Below, one piece after another: positions 37,761 to 52,260 of a stretch of DNA of 64,000 nucleotides. Source of the stretch: Selaginella moellendorffii. Taxonomy: Eukaryota > Plantae > Lycopodiophyta. A model generated the notes under the pieces. It ran no database searches. It saw nothing but the letters and a program-made list of their open reading frames with translations, and was not told the origin of the DNA. The stretch's first letter is position 1; each line of letters starts with the position of its first letter. A program made the translations under genes and the position numbers. The stretch lies in assembly GCF_000143415.4 (NCBI RefSeq), contig NW_003314341.1:423165-487164 (forward strand), given 5' to 3'.

Positions 37761-38547
37761 TTGCAGGAGTAACAGGAGCAGCCATGACATCAGTAAATCT
37801 AGGCCTGGGATTAGTGTAAATCCACGGGCCACATACCTGGGTTTAAACCAAACAACCTGATTCGCTGCGTTCCTCTTAACTCGAAATAACCATTTGGTTG
37901 ACACCACTTGTTTGTCAGCTGCACATCACGAGCCTGCCATCTAAATTCTGTTGCTTTGGAGCTGGGCGTTTTTGTGTCAATCACGAACCGATGATGGAGC
38001 AGCCGTAGCTGGATATCACGATCGACGTCAATTTCATCTACGTCGTCGACTTGGATGCCCGAACTTTCTTTGTGGAGTCCTGATATGCTTCACAGGTTCG
38101 CACCTTCCATCCAAGCGTTGAATCAGTTTGGATGAACACACAGGATCGTGTATCGATGGACAAATTCCCAAACAACTGGATGCGGTGGCTGCATGTTCCC
38201 ACGCCATGGATGCCCACCGCAAGCTAAAAAGAATGTCCTTGAGAAGCTAAACAGTGATGAGAAATGGATCCTCCGATTCGTGGTCGACAAGCTCACCGCT
38301 CCATACCAGAGCTTCGAAGAGTGCCCCGAGTTTCTGCAGCTGATCCAGGACTATATGCTTGTGGAAGATGACAATTCCGGCGCAGCTGCTGCGTAAAGAT
38401 TGAAAAGAGAGTGGAGCAGTTCCGTGAGCCTGGCCAGCAGAGGCACACGCTATCCAGGATGAAGGGACAATGGTTTCCAAAGTCTTGCTTCTTCCGTTCT
38501 ACAATCGCGTTTGGCGAGTGTTTTATCATTTATGAACTTAGTTTCAA

Positions 38548-39882
38548 TCACCACCCAAGCAATAGCAACTTCAGCAACGCCATACGAATGAAAAGACCAT
38601 TTTTGGCCTGTCTAAAATACGCAGCTCTTGGATCGACATCTACTTCTGTGGTAATCTGCACACACACGAAACCAAATAAGACAACGAAACAAATGTGTGT
38701 GAGACAGATACCTCGTCAAGCCTGGGAAGAGGATGCAAAACAACGGCATGGCTTTGAAGCACATCCACTACTTTGCGGTCCACAATGTACTTTCCACGGG
38801 CCTGGTTGTAGAGCTCGATCTTGTCGCCAAATCTCTCGCGTTGAATGCGCGTCTGGTAAATGACATCGCATTTGGATGCCACTTCCATGAGATCCTTCGA
38901 CTCTTCCCACTCTATGTTCTTGGAGGTAAGATACTCTTTGATATCATCCTTCACACAAGAAGCAAAGAGCTCGTAAGAAAACTCATGGGACTTCTTCTTC
39001 GTCTCCTCATACCTTCATCTTCACCACGTCTGGAGAGACGAAGTAGAACTTGACACCATCGTACTTGGCGAGCAAGTAGGCCAGAGATCGAACAGTTCTT
39101 CCGTTGGCAAGGTCCCCAACGAGCCCGACTTTGATCCCGTCGAGACGCCCGGTCTCTCTCTGAATCGTGTAAACATCTAGCAGTGCCTGCCAAAGATCCA
39201 AGCGTTTTTCCTTACTCGATACAACGAAGGAAGCAAGAACTTTGAGCTACCTGCGTGGGATGCTGCCCAGGTCCATCGCCAGCATTGATCACTGGGATGC
39301 TCGACACAGCGGCAGCTTGCTTGGCAGCTCCACTCTCAAAGTGTCTCATCACGATTATATCCGAGTAGCCTTCCACCGTCCTGATCGTGTCTGATAGACA
39401 TCTTTGAGCTTCCGAGATCGAAGAAAAACAATGGAGAGAGAGAACCAAACCTCACCTTCGAGCGTCTCCCCTTTGGCAGCCGACGAGAACTCGCGAGCAT
39501 TCTCCGTGGTGAGCACTTCTCCACCCAGGCGCTTCATGGCCGACTCAAACGACAGCCTCGTCCTCGTCGATGGCTCGTAAAACAGCGTCGCCATGAGATA
39601 TCCCTTGAGCATCGTGGAGCCGCCGCCGGATCTCCCCTCCACGATCGCCTCCATCTCCTTGGCCACGCCAAAGATCCCCTCCAGCAGCTCCCGGTCGAAT
39701 TGCTGCGCCTCGAGGACGTGCTCCACCTCGAACTTCCGCCCTAGCATCACACCGCCGCTCGCATTCGCGGCCCTGGAGAATCCAACGCGACAATCCACGC
39801 GCTGCTGCCATCGCCGCCGCCGCCGATCATCCACATTCCACTGCGGCGACAATCCCTGGCGCGGCGCTAGAGCTACCTCCAT
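38548..39882 (-). CDS. PYRB: Aspartate carbamoyltransferase, plastid-targeted, multi-exon
   Basis: [93 protein letters not shown]. Confidence 0.97.
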
Positions 39883-39950
39883 CGCCCAAGGGTTTAGGGT
39901 TTATCAAAAGCATATCCAGGGAATAAGTGTGTTCTTCGTCTTCGTCCCTT

Positions 39951-42900
39951 TCACGAAGGTGGTCGTCTCCTCCTGGGAGCCACTTCCTCCTCGCCATCTC
40001 TACCAGGCCTGCTACTCGAAAACCCTCTGTCCCTCCTCCGCCTATCGTGATTCCTCTCTAACTCGACGTCAAATCTCCCCGACGAGATCCGCCCAACGTC
40101 GCCAGGCCCAAGATCCCACCCCGAAGTTCGAGGCTCTCGCTGCGACTCCAGGCAATGCTGCTGCTGCTGCTGGTGATGGTGGTACTCCATCTCGAAAAAC
40201 CTCCGCTCGTCTCTTCGATCACTCAAGCGCTTGAGCCCCGCGGGTGGCGACCTCTGGCCTCGCGGGGGTGGTGGCGGCAGCGGAAGCTTTGGAACCGACG
40301 ACGCCGGAGACATCTCTCTCGCCGAGCTCGCGTACCCCGGAGGAGGAGACCGGCTGTGGTGCCTCAGACTCTTCCGAGGCGAGTCACTCCTGGACCTCGA
40401 TCTCGATCGCCGACGGATGCTCGGGCTCCTCTCCCTGCGGTGATCCCATCTCTCCGGATGCGGCTCACCAACGTAGCCACCACCTCGACCATCCGGCGCT
40501 GCTCTCATTGCCGGACTGTCCAAACTGTGACCACCACCGTAGCTCCTGTCAAACACCCCACGACTGCTTCGCAAGCCGGGGCTTACTCCCACCATTCCCA
40601 TCCCGGGGCCGACTCTCAGCGCCGGACTCAAACCGATGCCTCTCCCTGGAGGAGCCATGGCTTCCGGGTCCGCTGCTCGAGTGGGATTCAGGATCAAGGG
40701 AGGAGGATTCCGTCCTGCTGCTGGAAATGGTCTTCCGCCACCACCCCGGACCACCGCCGCTCCTGGACTACCGGCCTTGGTGATGGTGCCGTCCGGTGCT
40801 ACAACGAAGCCGCTACTCTCCACCTTTGCAGCGGCCACGGCGGCGGCGTTAGCTTGGCCGTGGGGACCAAACCCGCCGCCACCCTCGGAGAAACGAGCTG
40901 GCGGAGAAAGGTGGTGCTTTGGACCCCACTGTCCCGGCGGAACCACGGAACCATTCATCCATGGTTCCGCTCTTCGAGGTACGAGTGGAGAGCTCGGACC
41001 ACCCCGACTTCTACCACGTCCAAAATCGCGAGAGTAGAACCTGTCCGAATCGTACATCTCGTTCCTGCAAAGAGTAACAAAGCTTGAGTAGAGTTTCCAG
41101 ATGCAAGAATGGGTCGGCTTACCTCTGATCGTGATGGTCGTGCCTACTCCACGCTGGATCCTCGTGTCTAAACCTATCGTAGCTTTCAAACTGCGACACT
41201 CGGGAGCCTGCTGGTGGTCGTAAGCGATTGCCGGTCCAGGCATTTGGCCTCACACCACGCCTGAAAAGCTCCTTGGAAGCACGTAAAGCTTCTTCTGCTG
41301 TGTCGAAGCCTTCAGGAAGCTGATCCCATCCAGAAGCCTTTACCCGCCGCGTCGCGCCAACATTCTTCTCTGGTTTGGACTCTTCGTCGCCGCTAGCAGT
41401 AGGCTGACCTTCACCGCTTTTGTAATCACCTGACGAAGGACCTTCTTTGTTGTCGTTGTCAGATTCACGTTTGGCTTCGAGCTCGTGAATCTCTCCTTGT
41501 TCACCTTCGGAATCCCCTTCCGCTCGCGCCACCTTTTCATCCACTGTTTCCACCGGCTCATCTCCTTCCTCAGAGTCATCATAATCAACGTGCTCAGCAT
41601 CACAGGCCTCTTCGGCCCAGTCCTCAGCAGTTATTTGACCCTCCTCCACTTTCTCAGCCTCCTCGACCTCCACTCGCACTTTATCTGACTCGGGTTCTTC
41701 TTCCTCTTCGAACGTGTCATCCTCTTGAAAGACTTCTTTGTCCTCAGCTTCACCGGTCCTTTTCACCCCGGAGTCTTCAAAGGTCTTTGGATCATCATCC
41801 TTGGTGTCACCGTTTATATCCTCGACTGCCTCGGCCTGAGTTTGATCACTACTACCCTTAGCCGGTGACGGAAAAGAGTCAGGCTCCTGTTCCTGTTCCG
41901 GAGATGCTTGATAATCGGCAGTGTCCCCCTGGGCTTGACCTTCGTCTCTGGCATTATCAGCTTCATTTTTCTCTTCGGTGCTCTGCATGCTTGTCGCACA
42001 CAACTCCTCGGTTGTCCTGTCTTTGGTTGCGGCTTCATCTGTATCGGACGTAGCATGCTCTGTGATGTTCCCAGAAACTATCTCTTGAGACTTCTCAGCA
42101 CCTGCGTCGATGCAGTAATCAGGTCCATCTTCACACGGACGTTCCCACGCATCCATGCCTTTATTCAAGTCCCAGTGAGAGCGTTTGCCATGAGAGTCAC
42201 CACTGTCAACGTCCTTCCTCATGCCGCCGTCTTCATCTCCATCAATATCCCTTCTAAAATTATCCATACGCTCGTAATCTTCATCCTTCACCAGATCATA
42301 ATCGTGAAGCCCCGGCTCTTCTTCTTCTTCGACTTTGTTCTGAGTGCACTTTGGTAGTCTTTCGTCCACCACTTTGTCTGACTCCAGCTTCCCATATCTG
42401 CTCCCTGAAAACTCGTCCCTGTTCACCTTTATCGACGGAGATGGAGACCTGGATGGTGGCGATGGAGACCGCACAGAATCCATAATTTGTATCCTCCGCT
42501 TTTTTATTGGAACAGTGGACGCCGCATTACTAAAACGACCTCCCAAAAGACTGGCTTCAGGCTGGAATATGCACAAGTCAGAGAGAATAGACAGTATGAA
42601 CACAAGCCATACCTTTCTTGCTTCAACGTCTGCTTTTTCCTGTGCCTCGTGAGATTTTCCTGTGTGTACGCCTTCATCGGCTTCAGTTTTCCCTGGATGC
42701 GCCAGCGCACTACGCAATCTCTTGACGCACTTCGTAGAACTGGTGTCCGTAGCAGGGGCTCGTTTTGACGAACGCTTGGATGCAGGAGGCTTGGCAGAGC
42801 CACAGGCGTGGCATGTGTGCGGCTGCTTACTTCGATCTTTCTGCGTCAAAACCTCCAGTGCTAGCGTGACACAGCTAGGATGAGCAGAGACTGCAGCATT

Positions 42901-44657
42901 ATCACATGTACATGGCTGTATCTGCACAGAAAAACCATAGCTGTAAATGCTTCTGTCCCAAAAATTCCGCGCGACAAATATCTGCTTCCTACAACTTTTC
43001 TACACCGACTGCCAAGCCTGCATGCCCCCTGTGAGACCTCTGAAACGACTATGCACTAGATTTCCTCCGAGTGGTTTCTATCCTGAGAGTTACCACCACG
43101 TACCATGGTTTCGAAATCTTCATTGTCTTCGCAGCCACAAAGGGAACAAACGGACTCATCTCCTGTGTCCCTCGCCTTTGGCGTGTTAGTCCAAGAATCT
43201 CCTGAATTTAGTAGTACCCTACCCTCCTCCTGCAACAAAAACCTGTCTGAGCATCGAGTGATTATAATGCTTTTCCCCTAGGACTGATGCGAACATCTGG
43301 AATCCCTGCTCAAGAACGCACAGGCAATCTCTCTATCATCCATCCATCCACCCATCCATCTCTCTCAAGAGGGAGCACAAAAAGCAAATCAGCTTTTTCC
43401 AAAGGCAAGTCTCAGGCAAAGAGGGCACGAAATAACTCCAGCTTCTGTGCACACGAAGGAAGCCACTTTTCCCTGTCAATATATCTATCCTGTGTGTTTT
43501 TCCCCACTCATCTGACGTGCATGCCTCGAAACTAACCTGTTCATCCATACTGATGACAAAAACCTCCTCTTTCTGCGCCCTCAGGCAGGCGGAGCAGATG
43601 TAATCCGCTGCTATCTGCAAGAGAGATCAAACATCTGTTTTAGCGTCCTTGAGCTGTGCAAAGGACCTCTTGTAGCATCCTGTTTTCTAAAAGCTATAAT
43701 CCGAGGAGGGAGAAAAGACCACACCTGCGAGCTGGAGTCCAGACACTCCAGATGTTCCCGAGTAGAACACACCTCACAAGTCACCATTTGACCTCTGCTA
43801 CGGTTCTTCCCACACCTGCAATCCACCTTGTCCCCTTTGTCAAATCCCACCAGCGCGCTCGGGTGCTTGAGGCCCCGCTCGGCATCAAGCTCGTGCTGCT
43901 GCGACGATGGCATGCCCTCCATCGCCTGCTGCTGGTGCCGCTGCTCCCGCCACTGGCAAAACGCGGCGCTCCTCGCAAACAAGACCGCCCTCTTCACCAA
44001 TTCCTCGTCGCCCGCGCTGCTGCTACTCCTAGATCGATCCCGTTGCTGCTTGGGCAATCTCCGGGGATGGAACGACATGGCCCTCAGCTGCCCATTCGCG
44101 AGTCTGGACATGATCACGGCGAATCGAAGACCTGTCCACCTGTTTTGGCGGAGGCAAATGTAAGACCTGGTCCGATTATCGGATGGTACCCTATCCAGTC
44201 GCGACGACGCGCCCGTGTCCTCGCGGAGGAGGAATTTCTTGAATGCGGGCACGGCATCGGTGCTGGCGGCGAACCACGCCGCATCGCCACAACCAAGATC
44301 ATCCCCATCAAACCTCCGGATGCGCGTGGGATGCTGCCCCACATCCACCACCACGCTCATCTGCTTGCCATTGCCCGACTCCGTGACGCGCAGCACGCCC
44401 TTGGCGCTCGCGCTCGCCCCGACGCCCGCCTTCTTCCTCGCCTTCATCGCCCACAAAAACCCTAAGTCACCGCCATGGTGGAGTGGGAGAAAACGAAAAA
44501 GGTCCGCTTTAGGTTTTCGCACCTTTGTTTTGCTTGCCGATAAAGAAGCGTGGAGCCGTCGGATGCAATCGATCGTGCGGTATGTGGCGAGATTACGGTC
44601 GGCGCGGCTCGCAATGCGACTGACAAAAGCTGGCGGGGACCAATGGTGTGTGGACAC
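39951..44657 (-). CDS. Large multi-exon protein: PHD finger, RINGv-like finger, acidic and RS/G-rich low-complexity region (At5g13590-like motifs); may be two genes
   Basis: CRCG...MVTCEVCSTREHLEC/YICSAC (PHD); CSLC...IQPCTC...AHPSC...CHAC (RINGv-like); PIKKRR and SHWDLNKGMDAWE motifs; start codon and joining of the parts uncertain. Confidence 0.6.
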
Positions 44658-44859
44658 CTAGCGCACTCTGGTTGGGCCACGTGGGAGAATGGATTATCAA
44701 ACCGGCGCTAGTCCTAGACCTTAGCATGTATAGCTAGCTAGGACCACTTTGTTTTTGGTTGACTGGAATGGATCAATTCAAGAATATATTTCAGGGTTCT
44801 ATCTGTAAGGATAGGAAGAACCTAGGAAGCTTTGGAATTTCTTGAACAGTGCTCGGGTT

Positions 44860-46749
44860 TTACACAGAAGAACTTACGAAACCTTTGGGATTTCTGGATG
44901 AAGCTCCAAGAATTGTTGTCCATGCCACTCTTTCGGGAACAAAGGGCATGGAATCCACCAATTCTCTCGCGTTTCTAAGCTGGCCGGATCTCCCAAATGC
45001 GTCGATCATGCAGCAGTAAAGCTCCACGTCCGGTTCGATGCCAAAATCTGCGGCCATTCGAAGGAAGTAGCCTCGGGCAACACTGACGAGCCCGCGATGA
45101 CTGCACGAGAGAAGAATGCTCGAGAAACACCCGGGATCGATTGGATGAACAGCCCACAAGTTCATGTCTTGGAAGAAACGTACGGCCTGATTGACACGGC
45201 CTCTGCGACAGTACGTCGTTATCAAAATGTTCCACGACGCGGAATCTCTCTTGGGCATGGCGTCAAAGAACGCTTCCGTCATCGGGAGATTCCCAGTCTG
45301 AGAATACGCCATTGCCATTACGTTCCAAGACACAGTGTCCTTCCTGGGAAAGTTTTGAAACAGGGATTCTGCCTCTAAAATCTTAAAGTTCTGAGCGTAA
45401 GCTACCAGCATCGTATTCCAGGTCGTCATGTCCTGGTCTCTCATTGTGTGAAAACATCTCTTACAGTCTTCCAAATGCCCTAACGCGGCATTTGCTGAAA
45501 TGAATGAGTTACACACGACAACATCTACAAATCGCAAGGAGTTAAACAAGTGCACTGCAATTTCTATTTTGTTTTTAGAGAAATAAAAACTGATCATTAT
45601 GGTGTAGGCAAAGATATCGTGCTCAGGCATAGAATTTCTAAAAAACGTTTCACAATCTTCAAGACACCCCGGCTGGGCATATGTGGCAAGCAAAGCATTG
45701 CATGCCACTATGTCCCTCTCGGGCATCTTCTTGAGAATCTCCTGCGATTCGCCCATCCCTACACGCCCAATTAGGCTTGACCACGTCACCAAGTTTCTTT
45801 CCGGCATCGTTTCCAGGAGCTCCCGAGCATTGTCAACTTCTCCGCATTGAGCCTCCGCACAAATCATGGTATTCCAAGTCGACAGATTCCAATAAGGCAT
45901 GGATTTAAAAACTTCTCGTGCATCTTCCAATTGAGGAATCTGGGCAAATGCATTGAGCATCACCGCCCAAGATATCAAATTCTTCTCTGCCATCCTTTCA
46001 AAGATGACTTGTGCTGATTCTAAATGCTTACTCTCCGCAAATCCTTGCAGCAAAACCGTCCAAGAAACCACATTATGCTCTGGAACCGCATCAAACATCG
46101 CCTTCGCGCGATCAATTTCCCCTGTTTGGAAGCAGGCGTTGATCATCGCTGTCCAAGAGACTATTGTGTGTTCTGGCGATCGATCGAACAGAAACTTGGC
46201 TCTCTGGTAATGCCGATGGCTTACCAAAGCCTGAATCATAGTATCCCAGGAGACGGAGTTCCTCTCTAGCATGCCGTGAAAGATTCTCTCGGATTCTAGA
46301 ATGTCCCCGACTTGGGCATATGCTTGAACCATGGCAGTCCAGGAGACCACATTCCATCGCGGCATCCTATCAAATATTCCTTTAGCTTGTGTGAGATTAC
46401 CGCATTGGGCACAGGCGACGATCACAGTTGTCCACGAAACAACGTCACGCTGCTCCATGTCATCGAATGTTCTCTTTGCATCTTCCAGATGCCCATGCAG
46501 GGCATATGCCGAGAGGAGTATATTCCAGGAGAAGACGTTGGGTCTTCCGATCGCTGTGAATGCCCGCTCTGCCTCGACAAGATCCCCGCACTTGGCATAC
46601 ATCTCGACCGTCAAATTCGCGAGGTATCGATCGCAGCCGTGGACACTGTCGAGAAGGACGGCGTGGATTCGCTTTGCCTGCCCAAGATCCCTGGAATCTC
46701 CTGCCGATTTGAGGAGCCTCGCGAGCTCTTGTGTCGTCGTTCTTTCCAT
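44860..46749 (-). CDS. PLS-class pentatricopeptide repeat protein
   Basis: Intronless 629-aa ORF of tandem ~31-aa S-type repeats (F..M..R.VVSW..M...YA..G); ends in SCSHRGLV...YCCMIDAFGRSG and a truncated E motif; no DYW. Confidence 0.95.
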   Translation of the reverse strand: MERTTTQELARLLKSAGDSRDLGQAKRIHAVLLDSVHGCDRYLANLTVEMYAKCGDLVEAERAFTAIGRPNVFSWNILLSAYALHGHLEDAKRTFDDMEQRDVVSWTTVIVACAQCGNLTQAKGIFDRMPRWNVVSWTAMVQAYAQVGDILESERIFHGMLERNSVSWDTMIQALVSHRHYQRAKFLFDRSPEHTIVSWTAMINACFQTGEIDRAKAMFDAVPEHNVVSWTVLLQGFAESKHLESAQVIFERMAEKNLISWAVMLNAFAQIPQLEDAREVFKSMPYWNLSTWNTMICAEAQCGEVDNARELLETMPERNLVTWSSLIGRVGMGESQEILKKMPERDIVACNALLATYAQPGCLEDCETFFRNSMPEHDIFAYTIMISFYFSKNKIEIAVHLFNSLRFVDVVVCNSFISANAALGHLEDCKRCFHTMRDQDMTTWNTMLVAYAQNFKILEAESLFQNFPRKDTVSWNVMAMAYSQTGNLPMTEAFFDAMPKRDSASWNILITTYCRRGRVNQAVRFFQDMNLWAVHPIDPGCFSSILLSCSHRGLVSVARGYFLRMAADFGIEPDVELYCCMIDAFGRSGQLRNARELVDSMPFVPERVAWTTILGASSRNPKGFVSSSV

Positions 46750-47177
46750 ACGGGCTGGCTGGTAATTACCAGCGATTTAATATCGGCATTTTTTTTTTTT
46801 TACTTCCCTCTCTAGCTAACGGAATATCCTTTGAGGGATTATCCAATTGGTGCATGCGGCTGACTCTAGGAGGAGAGCTTTGGCTGGGCGGCTTGGCCTA
46901 TTTTCACTGCGCGCAAATCTCTTGCCCTACTCGCGCGCGCGCTCTTGGCGATTGAGCAGTGGAGCGATGGCGCTGGGGCGGCTGGAGGAGGAGAGAGGTA
47001 GGCGACGGCGCTAGGCGGCCTTAGGTCTAGGGTTGGGGGAGCCATGGCTTTGAGCAGGAGGTCCTAGGAGTAGTCGTGCCGAAGAAATCCAAGCCGGAGA
47101 AGCCAGCGGCAGTGAAGGTGAGCTCTTATTCTCCTTCGATCTTTGCCCTCATTCCTTGACCTAGTTCTTCTCGCAGG

Positions 47178-49057
<1,880 letters not shown>

Positions 49058-49361
49058 TGTAGCAGCGGGTACTTGTATTCCCTACCAAAAACTCTCACGT
49101 TTTAAACTTAAAACCAGAAGAAAAAAAATTAAAAAAATGAGAAACGTCAAAAACAAAAAGAAAAAATGCTAAAAAAACAAGAAAAAAAAAAACCAGCAAT
49201 CTTCTAACCAGTTAGCAGCAGGTGGCGAATTCTTTGTTCTTGTCGTAACTGTGGAAATTTTGGTTCCACCGCATCCTTTTGCGTGAAGTTCAGTAAAATG
49301 CGAAGTTTAGTTCTGAATAGGCGGAATATGCTTGACTGCGCTTATAACGAGGATATTCTGT

Positions 49362-50744
49362 CTACAACGTTTTCGAATTGAGATAGGCTATGGCGCCGAG
49401 AAAAAAAAGGAGAGCTATGCTTTCATCGGTATGTGCAACGCTACTAGAGGTTTCAGTGCTGCTGGGCTGCGAGGGATTGTTGAAAATTTCCTCCAATTCA
49501 GCGCATTGCTCCACTCCATCGTGTTTCAATGGCGACTTCAAGCAGAGACCCGTATTGTTCATGAGGCGGAGGCGAGCGCCGAGCTTGGTGGCGACTTCTC
49601 TGGAGACTGGAACTGGGCCGGACAAGGAGTTCCTGGCAAGGTTGAGCTCGCAGAGTTGAGGAAGCGCGAGGATCTCTCTTGGGATTGATCCGTGGAGCTT
49701 GTTGTTTTCCAGGTGGAGAACTTTGAGGCTCTTGAGCCTTCCAAGCGCCGTGGGAATCTTCCCTGCGATGTTGGTCGAGGAGAGGACGAGGACCTGGAGG
49801 CTGGTGATGTTTCCCAGTGACTCTGGGATCGTGAAGCTGAGGCTGTTCTCCCGGAGGATCAAGTCTTGGAGCGTATGCAGCCTTCCAAACGACTCGGGGA
49901 TGCCTCCAGCCAGCCGGTTGCGACTGAGATCCATGAAGAGCAGCGACTCAAACCTTCCCAATTCGTCTGGTAAGCTTCCACTCAATCTGTTGTTGCCCAA
50001 GTCGAGCTTCTTCAAGCTCCTCAAGCTGCTGATCACACCTGGGATCTCACCTTCCAGATCGTTGTTGCTCAAGTCCAGAATAATGGCGCTGGCGAGCTTG
50101 TCCAGCGAGCTGGGAATGAAACCGCTCAGCCTGTTGTTGCTGAGATCGAGCCTCTGGAGAGAGCTCAGGTTTCCAAGCGAAGGTGGTATAGAAGAGCTCA
50201 AGTTGTTACCGTGAAGATCCAAGGTGTGAAGCTTGGAGAGGCTTGCAAGCTCCGCAGGAACAGCACCAATGTGTCCGTTTTCTCGAAGCACCAGAGACTC
50301 GAGGCGAGCTCCAAGCTGACCGATTTGCGGCGGAATTGGCCGGGGATTGCCGCTGCAGCACCTGTAGAAGAAGAGGCGCCTGAGAAAGACGAGCTTGGCG
50401 ATGGAAGGCGAGATTGTGGAGTCGGAGCTACAGGCAGGGAAGGCCGTGTCGTCGGAGAGGACTCCAAACGAGAGCGAGACGACGTGAAGGAGGTTGGTGC
50501 TCGTGTCCAAGGTACACTCGATTCCATGCCATCTTCCATTGCAAACATCCGGAATTGTTGTGACCCACGAGTTTCCAGTGGCAGCCATGACGTCGTAAAC
50601 GGCTCGAATCTCGCGTGGATCGGTGCGAGCGCTGGCATTCTGCTGCATGATCGGGAGGACCATGTCGTCGCAGCTCACATGAGTCGTGACGATGCAGAGG
50701 ATGATACAGGAAGAAGCGATCACGATACTTACAAGAAACATCAT
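49362..50744 (-). CDS. TMM: TOO MANY MOUTHS LRR receptor-like protein
   Basis: ARTDP.E..AVYDVM.ATGN.W...IPDVC.GRWHGIEC...HVVSLSFG.LSDDTAFPAC signature, ~10 LRRs, C-terminal hydrophobic anchor, no kinase domain. Confidence 0.9.
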   Translation of the reverse strand: MMFLVSIVIASSCIILCIVTTHVSCDDMVLPIMQQNASARTDPREIRAVYDVMAATGNSWVTTIPDVCNGRWHGIECTLDTSTNLLHVVSLSFGVLSDDTAFPACSSDSTISPSIAKLVFLRRLFFYRCCSGNPRPIPPQIGQLGARLESLVLRENGHIGAVPAELASLSKLHTLDLHGNNLSSSIPPSLGNLSSLQRLDLSNNRLSGFIPSSLDKLASAIILDLSNNDLEGEIPGVISSLRSLKKLDLGNNRLSGSLPDELGRFESLLFMDLSRNRLAGGIPESFGRLHTLQDLILRENSLSFTIPESLGNITSLQVLVLSSTNIAGKIPTALGRLKSLKVLHLENNKLHGSIPREILALPQLCELNLARNSLSGPVPVSREVATKLGARLRLMNNTGLCLKSPLKHDGVEQCAELEEIFNNPSQPSSTETSSSVAHTDESIALLFFLGAIAYLNSKTL

Positions 50745-51699
50745 CCTTTCTACTCCAGTTGAAAGGTGAGAAACTTCTCTTTTTTGCTTCTCGCATTATA
50801 TAGTTGGAAGCCATGGATTCACATTGAATGTTTTCTTTGCAAGCTCACGGGAGAGCAGTGGATTCTATTAAATCTGTAAAATGTTGCAGCAGGGGTCACA
50901 GGAAACCATGACCTCCTCATAAATGCAAGGTTTATGAAATTTAAGGTTTACAATGGATTGGGATGAGACAAGCGCATGAGCTTCTGTACAGGACCAGAGC
51001 ACCTCTACCCGGGATTGTGAATATCTGAAATGAGCAAAAAAAATTTACTGTCGGTTTGATCTGGGTGGTGAACGCGTCCAAGGATGAGCCGGATGCTTGA
51101 CGAGTCTGGGAAGTGTCAAACTGGGAAAGAAGAAAAAGCAGTTTGACATTACATGCTTGATATTGGAGACGGCGGAGTACGACTATGTATGTCAAGGACA
51201 AGATCACAAGGCGAGCAGCTTGATGCTGGTGAAGAGGAGATATACCATTGAAGATCCTCACTTTTCGGGGTCAAGAGCCATTCTCTTATAAAATGCAAAA
51301 GTTTAAATCATGAAACTCTGTCCGCACCAGCGGCGGCCCAGGTCCAGAGCCGAATGGTACTCATTCGGTTCTTTTCTTTCAGGGTTTCTTGCGAGATTGA
51401 GAGAGCTGGATTGAGGTGTTCGAGCCACAGGGGCAAACAAACTCTTATGTATAGGAACAGAGTCTGAAATGGGGTGACCCGGCTTCCTGCTAAATTAGAA
51501 GTGTGCTTGTTTACGTATGTCACAATAACATCAGTTGTCTCGCAATCTTTCCCTCAGGAGTGTGGTGTGTTCCAGCAAGTGAGAAGAACTATAAATGTAA
51601 GGATTTAAAACATGTATTAGAGTAAACAAGAAAAGTGATTTAGAAAATCATAGCCATCAGAAACTTTAGAACTGGCCCATACAAAACTCAATGGCTTGG

Positions 51700-52260
51700 T
51701 GTGTAAGACAAGCGCAGGTGGCCTTCTGTAAAAGCAGCTAATAGCCCAAAGCTACCTATAGAAGGAAAAGTGACATCTAACTTTCTTATTGGCGACTGTC
51801 TGGAATGGGAAAATTGTGTTGGTTGAGTCTGGAGAAGGGCATGTTTATGGTATCTTGTCCAATACATGGCGGGTTCCCTTGCCAAGGTGAGTTCAATGGC
51901 AAGCTTTTGCTGGTTTAACCAATTCAACAGACTGCAAACAAACAAAACAAACCAAGTTGATAAACTTGTTGAAAGGAATTACCCTATGGGAAATATGGAA
52001 AGCCAGGTGTAACAAGATTTTCAACAATAAACATGATGGCCAAAAGGTGGTAGCTGTGTGAGTTTGGGCTTGAATCATCACTGCAGCAGCAGCACTAGAA
52101 AAAAGACAAGGGTGAAATGGTCCAGAAAAAACAAAAAGAGAAGCACAAATCTAGCATTTTTTGTGGAAGTAAAGGGAGGTAGGCATTCGTGAATGGATGT
52201 GGATACCACTGGATGAATGGTTTCAAGTGACACATTTAAAATGGCCATTAAGTTCTAATT
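51700..52260 (+). mobile_element. Decayed non-LTR (LINE) ORF2 3' fragment
   Basis: ITLWEIWKARCNKIFN motif typical of plant LINE ORF2 C-termini; many stops. Confidence 0.5.

Noticed and set aside
40155-44465. Long plus-strand ORFs (310, 269, 179 aa)
   Set aside because: Antisense shadows of GC-rich coding exons on the minus strand
46967-47052. Short uORFs upstream of the DDX6-type helicase
   Set aside because: Present (MALGRLEEERGRRRR*, MAL...) but transcript inclusion and conservation cannot be shown from the sequence alone
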